From contig CANQGM010000010.1 of assembly GCA_947623205.1 (NCBI GenBank), positions 12,811 through 76,810 of the forward strand: a stretch of DNA of 64,000 nucleotides, read 5' to 3'. This DNA is from an uncultured Clostridia bacterium. GTDB lineage: Bacteria; Bacillota; Clostridia; Oscillospirales; Acutalibacteraceae. Both the position numbers and the translations under genes were made by a program. Numbering within the stretch: position 1 is the stretch's first letter; each line of letters starts with the position of its first letter. Under the pieces are notes generated by a model. That model was given only the letters and a program-made list of their open reading frames with translations, was not told the origin of the DNA and did no database searches. This document shows, one piece after another, positions 35,762 through 45,880 of the stretch.

Positions 35762-36166
35762 AATTCTTCCTTTCCTAACCGTCACAATAATTAGCTGTAA
35801 CTAACTGTCTCATAAAAATATTGGTTAGTCTAATCTAACCTTTTATATATTAACTTCTTTTATAAATTTTGTCAACGTCTTTTCCGAAAAAATCTAACAT
35901 TAAAGAAAATTTCAGCATTTTATAAAATAAGTTAGTTATATCTAACTAACAAACTGTATATATTGCTAATAGCAGCGCGACACTTAAAAATTTTAAAAAC
36001 ATTTATGTTTTAAATTTTTTAAATTCTGCATATTTGATATTTTAGATTAATTTTAAGTATAGTAAGTATAATAATATTTGTAATTTAAAATCTTTTTTCT
36101 TTTACATATACTAAAAACTGCAAGAATTTTGATAAAATGGAAAAAATACAAGAAAGCAGTGTTTTT

Positions 36167-37234
36167 ATGGAAAACAAGAATTTGATAGACCTTGAAGTAT
36201 TGTCAACCGAACAGATCGACAAAATTATAAGGAAAGCAAAAAAAATAATGCAAAAGCCCTCAGAATACAGACATTCCTGTGACGGTAAAATACTTGCGAC
36301 ATTATTTTATGAGCCGAGCACAAGAACACAAATGTCATTCCAAACTGCAATGCTTAAACTTGGCGGTCGCACAATAGGTTTTGACAATCCTATGAATTCT
36401 TCTGTTTCAAAAGGTGAAAACCTTAAAGACACAATAACAATAATAGGCGGATATGCGGACATTATTGCAATAAGGCACCCTGCCGAAGGCACGGCAATGG
36501 CTTCGTCCCTCTATGCCGGTGTTCCCGTAATCAACTGCGGAGACGGCGGTCATCTGCACCCAACACAAACCCTGACTGACATTGTTACGCTAAGCTGTGA
36601 AAAGGGCAGGCTTGACAACCTTAAAATCGGCATATGCGGTGACCTTCTAAACGGCAGAACGGTACATTCACTTATAAAGACACTTGCTAAATACGACAAC
36701 AACAGTTTTGTTCTTATTTCTACAAAAGAATTAAGTGTGCCGCTCTATATAATTGATATTCTTGAAAAAAACGGATGCAAATACGAGCTTTCAAACAGTC
36801 TTGCCGAATCCGTAAAGGACCTTGACGTACTTTATATGACGAGGATCCAGCGCGAGCGTTTTGCAAGCGAAGAAGAATATGAAACGCAAAAAAATGTTTT
36901 TGTTCTTGACAAAGAAAAGCTTTCAAAAGCAAAGGACGATATGATAATTCTTCATCCGCTTCCACGCGTGAATGAAATAACCGTAGACATAGACGACGAC
37001 CCGAGAGCTCTTTACTTTAAGCAGGCTCAATACGGAATGTACGGCAGAATGGCGCTTATTTTGCTTTTACTTCAGGATGAAGAATTTTTTATAAAAAGCA
37101 AAAAAACAGAAGTTTGTGAACATAAATGCAAAAATCCAAACTGTATTACCGCAAATGAGCCTTATCTGCCTCATTTATGCTATGAAAAAAAAGGTATGAC
37201 AATGTGCGATTTCTGCGACAAACGAATTTATTGA
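36167..37234 (+). CDS. pyrB: Aspartate carbamoyltransferase catalytic chain fused to a PyrI-like zinc domain (start 36167 or 36137)
   Basis: FYEPSTRT, HPTQT, YMTRIQRER, HPLPR; tail CKNPNCIT...CDFC. Confidence 0.93.
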   Translation: MENKNLIDLEVLSTEQIDKIIRKAKKIMQKPSEYRHSCDGKILATLFYEPSTRTQMSFQTAMLKLGGRTIGFDNPMNSSVSKGENLKDTITIIGGYADIIAIRHPAEGTAMASSLYAGVPVINCGDGGHLHPTQTLTDIVTLSCEKGRLDNLKIGICGDLLNGRTVHSLIKTLAKYDNNSFVLISTKELSVPLYIIDILEKNGCKYELSNSLAESVKDLDVLYMTRIQRERFASEEEYETQKNVFVLDKEKLSKAKDDMIILHPLPRVNEITVDIDDDPRALYFKQAQYGMYGRMALILLLLQDEEFFIKSKKTEVCEHKCKNPNCITANEPYLPHLCYEKKGMTMCDFCDKRIY

Positions 37235-37250
37235 GATATTGAGGTAAAAT

Positions 37251-37853
37251 ATGGACAATTATACTAATAAAAACATAAAACAAAAAGAACAAAGAGCTTC
37301 AACAACCGTTATTATTTCTTCTCTTGCCTATTTAGTGCTTGGGTTTATAATGGTTATTTATCCGCAGGCTGTGGGCAACGCACTTTGCTATATTTTGGGC
37401 TCTGCGCTTACTGTGTATGGATTATTTAACATAATTAGTTTTTTCAGAAGCAAAGAATACAATATGTATTTTGAAATGGTTGTAGGAGTTATTGCAACCG
37501 CATTTGGTATTTTCAGTTTAATTTCTCCGCAGCTGATTGTTAAAATGATATTTTCAATTATAGGAATCGTAATTATAATTGACAGTATTATTGATATAAA
37601 ACATTCTTTTTTACTTAAATCGTTGGGAATGAAAAACTGGTGGATATGCTTTGCGGTATCTGCCGCAGTTATTATTCTGGGCGGATTTACTATTTTATTC
37701 CCGGAATTTTTCGGTGATTTTATTTTAATTTTACTTGGAACCGTATTGATTTATGAGGGAATATCGGGGCTGACAATAGCGCTGCTTATCAGCCGATATA
37801 CAAAAGAAAATAATAAAAGAATAATTGACGCAAAGTTCACTGATGTTGATTAA
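37251..37853 (+). CDS. HdeD/DUF308-like membrane protein
   Basis: About six TM helices in a twofold repeated arrangement. Confidence 0.7.
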   Translation: MDNYTNKNIKQKEQRASTTVIISSLAYLVLGFIMVIYPQAVGNALCYILGSALTVYGLFNIISFFRSKEYNMYFEMVVGVIATAFGIFSLISPQLIVKMIFSIIGIVIIIDSIIDIKHSFLLKSLGMKNWWICFAVSAAVIILGGFTILFPEFFGDFILILLGTVLIYEGISGLTIALLISRYTKENNKRIIDAKFTDVD

Positions 37854-37870
37854 CGCATATTAAAATATAA

Positions 37871-37916
37871 TTTTAGCCTGCACGGTATTTATACTATAAT
37901 ACCATGCAGGCTTTTT
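37871..37916. terminator. Bidirectional terminator between the DUF308 gene and addA
   Basis: AGCCTGCACGGTATT / AATACCATGCAGGCT with flanking T-runs. Confidence 0.75.
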
Positions 37917-37917
37917 A

Positions 37918-40900
37918 TTAAACGGATATGTATCTGTTAAGATGAACCGAGCAGATTATACACTCTTTAACTTTCATCTCCTTACACTGCTGCATTGCTT
38001 CCTTATAAAGCTCAAGCTGTTTAGAATATAAATTTTTCAGCTTTTCAATATTCCTAACTCTGTCTGTTTTGTAATCTACAATAACAAGCTCTCCGCCCTC
38101 TTCAAAAGCAAGGTCGACCGCGCCCTGCATAATAATACTCTCTTTTACGTCTGTATTTTTATATTCATCATAAATCAACGACGGATTAATTTTTGCGGTA
38201 AAGCGTTCCTCTCTGAATACCGCGGAAGAATTGATTATTCTTGTTATAAGCTCTGATGACAAAAGTTCAGAAATTTTTAGCATATCAATACATTCTGCCT
38301 GCTCCTTAGTCAGTAATCCCGTACTGACAAGTCTTTCGATCTCATCGTTTAAGCTGATGCGTGCGGCCGCAAAACTGCAATGCTGTAAAAACTTGTGGTG
38401 TGCCGTACCGCGTTCAACTGAAGAAGAAATTTCTTTGTTTAAAAAAGCAGGTTTAGACAGCACTTTCTCAAAATAATCGCTGTTTTGCTCGTGGGCAATC
38501 TGAGAAGCGCTTACCTTTTGCGGCAAATTCAATATATCTGAATTTCTGTATTTAAACTCTATATTCCTTTTGAGCAGGCTAACGCAGTCTTTTGTATAGC
38601 AGGCGGCATTTTCAATTGCCTTTTTTGAAATATCATTTTCAGCGTAATTGTCGGCACCTAAAACAGTTTTGGGATCGTCAACAATTTGAACATTCCAATT
38701 TACTGTGTCTTCATCATACACAATTGCGGCCGCAGACGGATCAAGCGACATTCTGATTTTATTCATTGACGGATGAACAAGCGCGCAAAGACACAGCCAG
38801 TCAGAAATGCTACCGCACCTGATAACAGTGTAAGGTTCAATAATTTTGTTAAAAATGATTTTTGAATTTAGATTTTCCAGATATTTTTTAACATTCTTTT
38901 TTGATGATACCGCAATAAGTTTTTCTTTTGCTCTGGTAAGCGCAACATAGAGCACACGGAGTTCCTCCGCAATTTTATTTCTTTCAATTTCAATGCCTAC
39001 TGCGAGGTGCGGCAAAGTATTAAACCGGCAGAAATCAACTTTTTTTCTTATACCAATACCCGCGTGACTGTCAATTAAAATATCGGACTTTAAATCTTCT
39101 TTATTAAATTTATGGGCCGTGTCTGCAAGAAAACACACGGGAAATTCAAGTCCCTTTGATTTATGGATATTAAGCACTCTAACTCTGTTAAGGTTCTCCC
39201 CGTCCGTACCGGATGACGCAGGGAGCTCTGTTCCGTTTTCAACGAGTCTGTCAATATACGAAATAAATTCAGAAAGACTTTTATATCCGTTTGACTCAAA
39301 ATAACGCGCATATTCCCTGAGAAGATTCAGATTTTTTTCCGGATTTGCTCCGCCTTTAACGGCACAGGTGACAGCGCCGAACGCCGTGGTTTCATATATT
39401 TTTCCTATTAAATCATCAACGCCTGAAGTATAAGCAAACGCCCTCAATTCGCTGAGTTCCGAAATAAAGCCGGCGGCCTTTTCGCTTGTTTTGGAATATT
39501 CTATTAACGAAGAATAAAGATTTGAATATCTGTCGTTTGCCTTTATCTGCGCAAGCTCATCGGGAGAAAATCCGTAAATCGGGCTGCACATAACAGACAA
39601 AAGCGGAATTTCAAGAGTGGGATTGTCTATTACACGGAGTAAATTAAGAACAATTTTTATTTCCTGAGTTTCAAATGAGTTTTCCTTTTTTTCGCTGTAT
39701 GCGGGAACTCCGCAGGAATTTAAAACATTTACATAAGTAATTGCCTCGTTTTTTGTACTGCGAAGAATTACTGCAAAGTCACCGTAGGTCGCCCTGCGCG
39801 TTAAATCTCCGTCTTTAACGGCAAACCCGGAGCTTATCATTGATAAAATTTTATTTGCTATGTAACGCGCCTCAATTTCTGAAGGGTCGCAGTCCTCAAA
39901 CGCGTTATTTTCAATAAGCGTAAGTTCAAAATCACAGTCAGAGCTTTCGGCATATGACGCTCCGACATTAAGTTCTTCATCTTTTGAGTAATCCATTTGT
40001 GCAGAGTCTTTTGTCATAAGCTTTTTAAAAATAAAGTTTACTGTTTCACAAACTTCTTTTCGGCTTCTGAAATTCCTGTCAAGAAATATGGCAGCCGGAT
40101 ACTTAGGATCATTCTCATCATATCTGTTATAGGAGTTTTTGCGGTTTATAAAAATTTCCGGCTTTGCCTGTCTGAAACCGTAAATGCTCTGCTTAACGTC
40201 GCCTACAACAAAAAGATTGTTTTCGTCATTGCTGACGCACTTAAAAATAATATCCTGAACATCATTTACATCCTGAAACTCGTCGACCATAACGGCGTCA
40301 TAACGGTGTGAAATTTCAAATGCCTGCGGCGTTTTACAATAGTTTTCCCCGTCGGGTCTTGCAAGCAGTTTAACGGTCAGCAGTTCAATATCTGCAAAAG
40401 AGAGAATATTCTTTTGGCTTTTCAGTTTAGAAAAAACATCTGTATATTCTCTTACAAGGTCGAACAAAACGGAAACCAAATTGTGCAGGTCAGAAATTTC
40501 ATTCTTTACCTCGCTCTCGCTCCACATAAAATATGATTTAAGAGTTTTTACCGTTGCCTTCAGCTCGTCTCTGTTTGAAGCTATTGCCATTTTAATTGGA
40601 TTATCTTTATACCCTTTTGGTGCAGACAATTTGCCGGAAACAAAACTGTCAAGGCAGGCGGCAATATCATCCCATTTTCCGTCCATCAGCTGTTTTTGGA
40701 GCGAAGCAAGAAAAGCATTGTCGCCCATAAGCAAAGGTTCGGCTGCCTCTTTCAGCGCGGCATCCTCCATAAGCATTTTAAGTGAATTTTCGGTAAGATT
40801 AATTGCGTGTAACACTGCGGAGCTTGAATAATCTATAATAATTTTACCCCATATTGTTTCCGTAATCGGTTTGTCTTCATAGTTTTCAAGCATATCTTCC

Positions 40901-41475
40901 AGCCATTTTTCCGGGAACGGCTGGGTTGACAAAAACTTACATACGGTCAAAACGGTTTCACGCAGCTTTGCATCTCCGTTTTTACTTGAAAACGCATTAA
41001 CAAGGTCAATAAAATCTGAATCGTTCTTTGAATAAAATTTTTCAAAGGCTCTGTCAAGAGCCTCCTTGCTGAGAATGTCAAGTTCTCCCTTATCTGCCAC
41101 ACGAAAATCCCGTGAAATATTGAGCGAGTGAAAATACTCTCGCACTATGTCGCTGCAAAAGCTGTCAATTGTTGAAATACTTGCATTGTATAAAAGCTGT
41201 TTTTGCTTTAAAAGCTGAGGGTCGTAAGGGTCTTTTTCCAACAATAATGTCAATGCGGCGGATATTCTTTGGCGCATTTCTGCCGCCGCCGCCCTGGTGA
41301 AAGTAACAATGAGCAGTCTGTCTACGTCAATTGGATTATTTTCCCGAGTAATAAGCTGTATGACCCGCTCAACAAGCACCGCCGTTTTGCCAGAGCCGGC
41401 AGCGGCTGAAACAAGCACTGAACCTTCCGTTGCATATATTGCGTTTTTCTGCTGCGGCGTCCACTGTCTGCCCAT
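37918..41475 (-). CDS. addA: Helicase-nuclease AddA
   Basis: SAAAGSGKT, VTFTRAAA, VDEFQD, VGDVKQSIYGFR, LYVALTRA; C-terminal nuclease QGAVDL..VDYKT. Confidence 0.96.
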   Translation of the reverse strand: MGRQWTPQQKNAIYATEGSVLVSAAAGSGKTAVLVERVIQLITRENNPIDVDRLLIVTFTRAAAAEMRQRISAALTLLLEKDPYDPQLLKQKQLLYNASISTIDSFCSDIVREYFHSLNISRDFRVADKGELDILSKEALDRAFEKFYSKNDSDFIDLVNAFSSKNGDAKLRETVLTVCKFLSTQPFPEKWLEDMLENYEDKPITETIWGKIIIDYSSSAVLHAINLTENSLKMLMEDAALKEAAEPLLMGDNAFLASLQKQLMDGKWDDIAACLDSFVSGKLSAPKGYKDNPIKMAIASNRDELKATVKTLKSYFMWSESEVKNEISDLHNLVSVLFDLVREYTDVFSKLKSQKNILSFADIELLTVKLLARPDGENYCKTPQAFEISHRYDAVMVDEFQDVNDVQDIIFKCVSNDENNLFVVGDVKQSIYGFRQAKPEIFINRKNSYNRYDENDPKYPAAIFLDRNFRSRKEVCETVNFIFKKLMTKDSAQMDYSKDEELNVGASYAESSDCDFELTLIENNAFEDCDPSEIEARYIANKILSMISSGFAVKDGDLTRRATYGDFAVILRSTKNEAITYVNVLNSCGVPAYSEKKENSFETQEIKIVLNLLRVIDNPTLEIPLLSVMCSPIYGFSPDELAQIKANDRYSNLYSSLIEYSKTSEKAAGFISELSELRAFAYTSGVDDLIGKIYETTAFGAVTCAVKGGANPEKNLNLLREYARYFESNGYKSLSEFISYIDRLVENGTELPASSGTDGENLNRVRVLNIHKSKGLEFPVCFLADTAHKFNKEDLKSDILIDSHAGIGIRKKVDFCRFNTLPHLAVGIEIERNKIAEELRVLYVALTRAKEKLIAVSSKKNVKKYLENLNSKIIFNKIIEPYTVIRCGSISDWLCLCALVHPSMNKIRMSLDPSAAAIVYDEDTVNWNVQIVDDPKTVLGADNYAENDISKKAIENAACYTKDCVSLLKRNIEFKYRNSDILNLPQKVSASQIAHEQNSDYFEKVLSKPAFLNKEISSSVERGTAHHKFLQHCSFAAARISLNDEIERLVSTGLLTKEQAECIDMLKISELLSSELITRIINSSAVFREERFTAKINPSLIYDEYKNTDVKESIIMQGAVDLAFEEGGELVIVDYKTDRVRNIEKLKNLYSKQLELYKEAMQQCKEMKVKECIICSVHLNRYISV

Positions 41476-41477
41476 TA

Positions 41478-44400
41478 TTATTCTCCCCTTTCTGCAAGCT
41501 CTTTTTCTATTTTTTCAAAGACAACATCATTTTTTACATCAAATGTATTTCTCGGTTTGCTTTGTCTGTATGAGCAAACACTGTCATACGGACAATACTC
41601 GCAGGCGTCGTGCGCTCCCTTGACAGGCGACGCCTGAATTTGCCCGCCGTATAATGCTTCTCCCATTTGAGCCGCTGTAATATCAAGCTTTTTAAATATT
41701 TTGCCAAACTGCTCAAGCGTGGCAATACTGCGGTCTGAAACAGGCGTATCAAAATCAATTTTTACGGGAATATATGTACCCTTTCCGCTTTTATCCATTC
41801 CTTTGATTACAGTAATATCATCAAGCAAAAGTCCGTTCATTTTAAGACCGCTGTCAAGCTTGTTTTCAATTTGTTTGCCGGTTGTGGTTTTATCTGCCGA
41901 AATTGACGGTACTGTTGCCGGCATATAAAGAACACCCGCAGGAATTATGTCGCCGTACCTGCTTTTGCCGTTCTGTTCAACAGAATGAAGATACAAAAGC
42001 ATTTGAAGATTTAGTCCGTAGAGAATATCAGAAAGCTTAAATTTCTTTGAATTTGTTTTGTAATCTACAACACGCAGATATTTTATGCCGTTACTTTCCA
42101 TTAAATCAACTCTGTCAATGCTTCCGCATACGGCAATATTCTGACCTGTGGGCAGCTTTAAAGTATAGGCAGGAATGTCGCTGCCTATTTTAAGTTCGCA
42201 GTCTGCCGCGTAAAACTCACTCTGCACAAGTTCTTTTACTATGTGCTTTAAAAGCAAAACGACATTTTGCCTTAAAGCTGAAAGCCTATACATAAAAGAA
42301 CTGCTTTTGTTCTCTTTGCCTCCCAAATAATGTTCCGTATATTTATTTAAAGTACAGTCTGCAAAATTTTCAATTTCTTCATCACTCATTAAAGAATACT
42401 GCTCTTTGTTATATTGAGTAAAAAATTTTTCAAGCATATAGTGAACAAGCGTTCCGTATTCCAATGAATTGATTTCTGCCCTGCGTCGTTTACGAATATT
42501 CAGACCGTAATTGCAAAAATATGAAAATCTGCATAGACTGAATTTTTCAATCTGCGATGCTGAAATTCTCAGGCTGCTGCTAAAAAGCAGCTCTGCGTTT
42601 TTTGTGTTTTCAATTTTAAACGGTTCAGAATCAACGGCGCGCCTTACCGCTTTTATTTTATTTGAAAATTTTTTATCATTTACAAAGTAATCATATAAAT
42701 CTTTAAGCTCATGTCTGTTTTCGGACAGAGATTTTGCACATTCTTCAAATGCGGAACGGGCAGACCACATTGAATTTTCCGGCGAATCAAAATCAGCGCT
42801 GTCAAGCGTAATTATATCAGGAAAAACCTTTGCGGTCTCGGTCATTATAACAGACGGCAAAAACGTGTTTCCGAGCAGGTCCGCCGTTGGATATGACAAA
42901 AACAATTTATCCGAGGGTGAGGTCATACAGCTGTAAGCCATAAATGTTTCAAGATTTGCAATTTTATTATAATCGTCACTCAATGAAATTTCATTAAGAC
43001 TGAGAATTTTAAGCTCGAATGAAGAAAAAATTCCCGAGCAGTGCGGAACCGCAGGGAAAGAACCGTCAACACAACCAATTAAAAACGACGCCTTTTGCTT
43101 TGAAAGGCGAACTCTCTGCGCGGTGGTAACGGTCACGCTGTCAATTGTCCGCGGAATGTACGAGAGCTCCATTGCGGAAATCTGAATCGTCAAAAGCTCA
43201 TAATATCTTTTTGCGGAAAGATATGTATCTCCAATTGCTGCGGCCATTTTATCAAGCACGGTCATAAATGAGTTCCATATTCTGATTTGTTCGGCACCGA
43301 GTCCCTTTTCTTTGCCGCTTTCAAGAATATCATACATTTTTTTCAATGCTTCGGGAACGCCCATGGTACACAGCAGTTCATAAAGAAGCTTTGTGATCTC
43401 GCGTCCGTTTTTATCTTTAATTTCACTTTTAAAAGCTGTCGCGGGTTCAATTACCGACTTGCGCACGCTTTCGGCAATTTTAAGATAATTAATATCATTA
43501 TTGGAAAATTTATCGGCAAAACCGCTTGGATTTTGTGAAAATTCAGATTTAAACGCGGAATTATTTATATTCCATACAAAAACATAATTTTCAAACACGC
43601 TTATATCATCAGGGCTGTTGCCTGTAAGTCCGGTTTTTAGCAGCGAAAGCACGTCGTCACGTTCAAAATCGTTTAAAATCATTTTAAAAAGTGATGTAAC
43701 AAACCGCACAACGGGTTTTACCTCAACATCTTTATTACGGTCCATAAAATAAGGAATTTCATATTTGTCAAAAATTTCGTCGAGTATTCCCCGGTAGGGT
43801 TCAATATCGTGACAAATCACGGTTATGTCGGAATAAATATAATTGTTTTCAATAACAAGCCTTTTAATTTGCCTTGCGGCAAATTCACATTCGCTGTATG
43901 TATTTGATGCCGCAAACATTGTTATGTTGTCGGGATTTTTTTCAAGCGTTTCATAATCGTTTCTGAAAATTCCGCTTTCAAGAGCAGTCAGCTCATCATT
44001 TAAAAATCGTCTGTTATCACAAAGCTTTACAGGCGGTTTTATCTGAATTGAGTCAAGCTTTGCAATATTTTTAAGTACCCTATAAGTTTGCTGTGAGGTC
44101 GCAAAAACATCCTCTCTGCCGTCTGAAACGGGGTCAAGCGTGAGTGATATATAAGTCTCTTTGCTTTGGGACATTAAAATTCTGAGCACTTTTAACTGCT
44201 GAACTGTAAATCCGCTGAAGGAATCAATAAATATTGTATATCCGCTAAAAATATTATTCTCTGAAAGAATATTAACAAGTCTGGTGAGGTCATCAAGCGG
44301 GTCAATATAACTCTGCGATACAAGAGCGTCGAAAGTATCGAGCACAAGGGCAGTTTCGCTGAGCTTTGCTTTAAGAGTTTCATCTTCAATTTTTTCAACT

Positions 44401-44816
44401 CCGCTGCGCAGCATATCGGTAGTTATTCCGTTTTTTTTGCAATCGGTCAGAGTTTGAATCATTAATTCAGCAACACTTTTTCCGCTGTAATTTTTGAGTA
44501 GATTCAGTTTTTCCGTAAGCTGTTCAAGCGCTATACTCATTATTACCGCACGTGTGCCGTCATCAATTACATTAGCCGGTACATTTCCGGTTTTTTCAAA
44601 TACAAACTGGCACAAACGTGAAAATCCCAAAACAAGAACGTCTTTCGATTTGCGCGCACCGAGCAGATCAAGAAAAGTTTTTTCGGTTTCAAAAGTGCTT
44701 TGGTCGGGTACAAGCATAATAATTTTATTGTTATTACTGCTGACAAGCTCACGAATTTTATTGTTAATCAGGGTAGTCTTTCCTGTTCCGCTTTTTCCGA
44801 AAATGAACTGAAGCAT
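41478..44816 (-). CDS. addB: Helicase-nuclease AddB
   Basis: GKSGTGKT, SASQIEKF..C, GSIDRVD..VDYKT, Fe-S cysteines CEYCPYDSVC. Confidence 0.93.
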   Translation of the reverse strand: MLQFIFGKSGTGKTTLINNKIRELVSSNNNKIIMLVPDQSTFETEKTFLDLLGARKSKDVLVLGFSRLCQFVFEKTGNVPANVIDDGTRAVIMSIALEQLTEKLNLLKNYSGKSVAELMIQTLTDCKKNGITTDMLRSGVEKIEDETLKAKLSETALVLDTFDALVSQSYIDPLDDLTRLVNILSENNIFSGYTIFIDSFSGFTVQQLKVLRILMSQSKETYISLTLDPVSDGREDVFATSQQTYRVLKNIAKLDSIQIKPPVKLCDNRRFLNDELTALESGIFRNDYETLEKNPDNITMFAASNTYSECEFAARQIKRLVIENNYIYSDITVICHDIEPYRGILDEIFDKYEIPYFMDRNKDVEVKPVVRFVTSLFKMILNDFERDDVLSLLKTGLTGNSPDDISVFENYVFVWNINNSAFKSEFSQNPSGFADKFSNNDINYLKIAESVRKSVIEPATAFKSEIKDKNGREITKLLYELLCTMGVPEALKKMYDILESGKEKGLGAEQIRIWNSFMTVLDKMAAAIGDTYLSAKRYYELLTIQISAMELSYIPRTIDSVTVTTAQRVRLSKQKASFLIGCVDGSFPAVPHCSGIFSSFELKILSLNEISLSDDYNKIANLETFMAYSCMTSPSDKLFLSYPTADLLGNTFLPSVIMTETAKVFPDIITLDSADFDSPENSMWSARSAFEECAKSLSENRHELKDLYDYFVNDKKFSNKIKAVRRAVDSEPFKIENTKNAELLFSSSLRISASQIEKFSLCRFSYFCNYGLNIRKRRRAEINSLEYGTLVHYMLEKFFTQYNKEQYSLMSDEEIENFADCTLNKYTEHYLGGKENKSSSFMYRLSALRQNVVLLLKHIVKELVQSEFYAADCELKIGSDIPAYTLKLPTGQNIAVCGSIDRVDLMESNGIKYLRVVDYKTNSKKFKLSDILYGLNLQMLLYLHSVEQNGKSRYGDIIPAGVLYMPATVPSISADKTTTGKQIENKLDSGLKMNGLLLDDITVIKGMDKSGKGTYIPVKIDFDTPVSDRSIATLEQFGKIFKKLDITAAQMGEALYGGQIQASPVKGAHDACEYCPYDSVCSYRQSKPRNTFDVKNDVVFEKIEKELAERGE

Positions 44817-44963
44817 TAATTCACCGTCCGTTTTTATAAGACTTATAATTTATAATTAAATAGTATCATTTTTTTTTAAGTTATTCAACACAGAATTACA
44901 ACAAATAAGAAAAAGTCTTTAAATTTCTTTTATTTTAAAATTTTGAAAATTTTTAAAAAAGTA

Positions 44964-45022
44964 TTGACATTTATTTTTTTAAGTATATAATGGGATTATA
45001 GTTAATTAGTTAACTAACTAAC
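44964..45022 (+). promoter_or_regulatory. Sigma-A promoter and palindromic operator of the GntR gene
   Basis: TTGACA-N16-TATAAT, then GTTAATTAG-TTAA-CTAACTAAC (45001-45022) just downstream of the predicted TSS. Confidence 0.65.
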
Positions 45023-45045
45023 CATATCAGCAAAAGGGAGGTAAT

Positions 45046-45423
45046 ATGTTGAATATTAATGCAAATCTTGATAAGCCTATTTTCCAACAAATTCGTGAAG
45101 GAATTGAGGACGCTGTTCTTTCGGGTGTATATCCCGAGGGCAGCCAGATACCGTCAATTACCGAAATATCGGTCAATTACAAAATAAATCCTGCAACCGC
45201 TTTAAAAGGGATTAATCTTTTGGTTGAGGATAATATTGTTTACAAAAAGAGGGGTGTAGGTATGTTTGTGTGTGAGGGGGCTGTAAGTAAGCTGACTGAA
45301 TACAGACGAACAGAATTTTTTAACAAATATGTTTCAACGCTTGTTCTTGAAGCAAAGCGGCTTAAGATTTCACCAAAGGACATTATTATTATGATAGAAA
45401 GGGGTTTTGAGGATGAGCATTGA
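45046..45423 (+). CDS. GntR family regulator, YtrA subfamily
   Basis: PIFQQI, IPSITE..INPATA, KKRGVGMFV; 125 aa, followed by ABC genes. Confidence 0.92.
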   Translation: MLNINANLDKPIFQQIREGIEDAVLSGVYPEGSQIPSITEISVNYKINPATALKGINLLVEDNIVYKKRGVGMFVCEGAVSKLTEYRRTEFFNKYVSTLVLEAKRLKISPKDIIIMIERGFEDEH

Positions 45424-45878
45424 AGTTAAACACATAACCAAGGCTTTCGACAATGTTAAAGTACTTGACAATGTTTCTCTATGCTTTGAAGGCAACAAAA
45501 TATACGGTCTTTTTGGCAGAAACGGCGCCGGCAAGTCTACAATTTTAAACATAATAGCAAACAGATTACCTGCCGCATCCGGTCAAGTTTTGATTGACGG
45601 AGAAAACGCAATAGAAAACGACGGCGCTATTTCAAAAATATATTTGATGAGTGAAAAAACTCTTTATCCCAAAGATATGAAAGTAAAAGATATTTTTATA
45701 TGGAGTAAGAATTTTTATCCCGATTTTGACATATACCGTGCATTAAAGTTTGCAAAGCGGACTTAAAACCACATATGTAATGGGTAAGGCGCCCGTTGAT
45801 ATTTCCGACAGTCTTGAAGTCATGCCGCTTGATTTACAAAGTCTTTTTGTCAAGCTGACTAACAATATGGAGGTATAA
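45413..45878 (+). pseudogene. ABC transporter ATP-binding protein with an internal deletion and frameshift
   Basis: Walker A GRNGAGKST is present, then a stop at 45764-45766. A different frame from 45759 encodes a typical C-terminus (GLKTTYVMG...LDLQSLFVKLT). Signature and Walker B motifs are missing. Confidence 0.85.
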
Positions 45879-45880
45879 TC

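Larger units (their letters stand above)
35198..35950. promoter_or_regulatory. Four GTTAG-N6-CTAAC operator-like boxes (DtxR/MntR-family-like)
   Basis: 35198-35219 ttGGTAAG-tctgaa-CTAACCaa; 35789-35806 AATTAG-ctgtaa-CTAACT; 35823-35840 GGTTAG-tctaat-CTAACC; 35931-35946 GTTAG-ttatat-CTAAC. Confidence 0.7.

Noticed and set aside
35786-36136. NiCo/iron riboswitch, Fur box or PyrR attenuator between feoA and pyrB
   Set aside because: The region is almost purely AT with no GC-paired multistem or terminator, and no GATAATGATAATCATTATC-like box; the GTTAG-N6-CTAAC boxes explain the visible symmetry.
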